Shown here piece by piece: positions 63,999 through 64,000 of a stretch of DNA of 64,000 nt. This DNA comes from Octopus bimaculoides (taxonomy: Eukaryota): contig NC_068996.1 of assembly GCF_001194135.2 (NCBI RefSeq), positions 7,739,012-7,803,011 on the forward strand, written 5' to 3'. The position numbers and the translations under genes are program-made. The notes beneath the pieces are model-generated. The model had not been told where the DNA came from. It did not search any database and saw only the letters and a list, made by a program, of their open reading frames with translations. Position 1 is the stretch's first letter. Each line of letters begins with the position of its first letter.

Positions 63999-64000
63999 AG

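Overview
AT-rich, gapped, repeat-dense eukaryotic DNA; the repeat repertoire resembles cephalopod (Octopus-type) genomes (inferred from recall). The only host gene I can support is a minus-strand PDZD8 orthologue. I reconstructed 12 coding exons by hand between 35109 and 1530, all with GT-AG junctions, covering the SMP domain, the first half of the split C2, the second half of the PDZ, an acidic linker and the second half of the C2. The N-terminal TM exon(s) and C-terminal C1/coiled-coil exons are not visible. The exon(s) for the first half of the PDZ are missing, probably inside a 100-N gap. Introns hold RTE, R4/Dong, Penelope, Tx1-like and CR1-like LINE fragments, several tRNA-derived SINE families, hAT, pogo/Tigger, mariner and piggyBac-type MITEs, Helentron-like elements and microsatellites. 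Most notable: a head-to-head pair of tRNA-headed SINEs whose tails reconstruct a minimal type I hammerhead ribozyme (a Penelope hallmark), a second decayed hammerhead, and a PDZD8 exon that begins AG|GTAAGT (a possible recursive splice site). No CRISPR, rRNA or credible tRNA genes. Repeat boundaries are approximate unless TIR or TSD positions are given.
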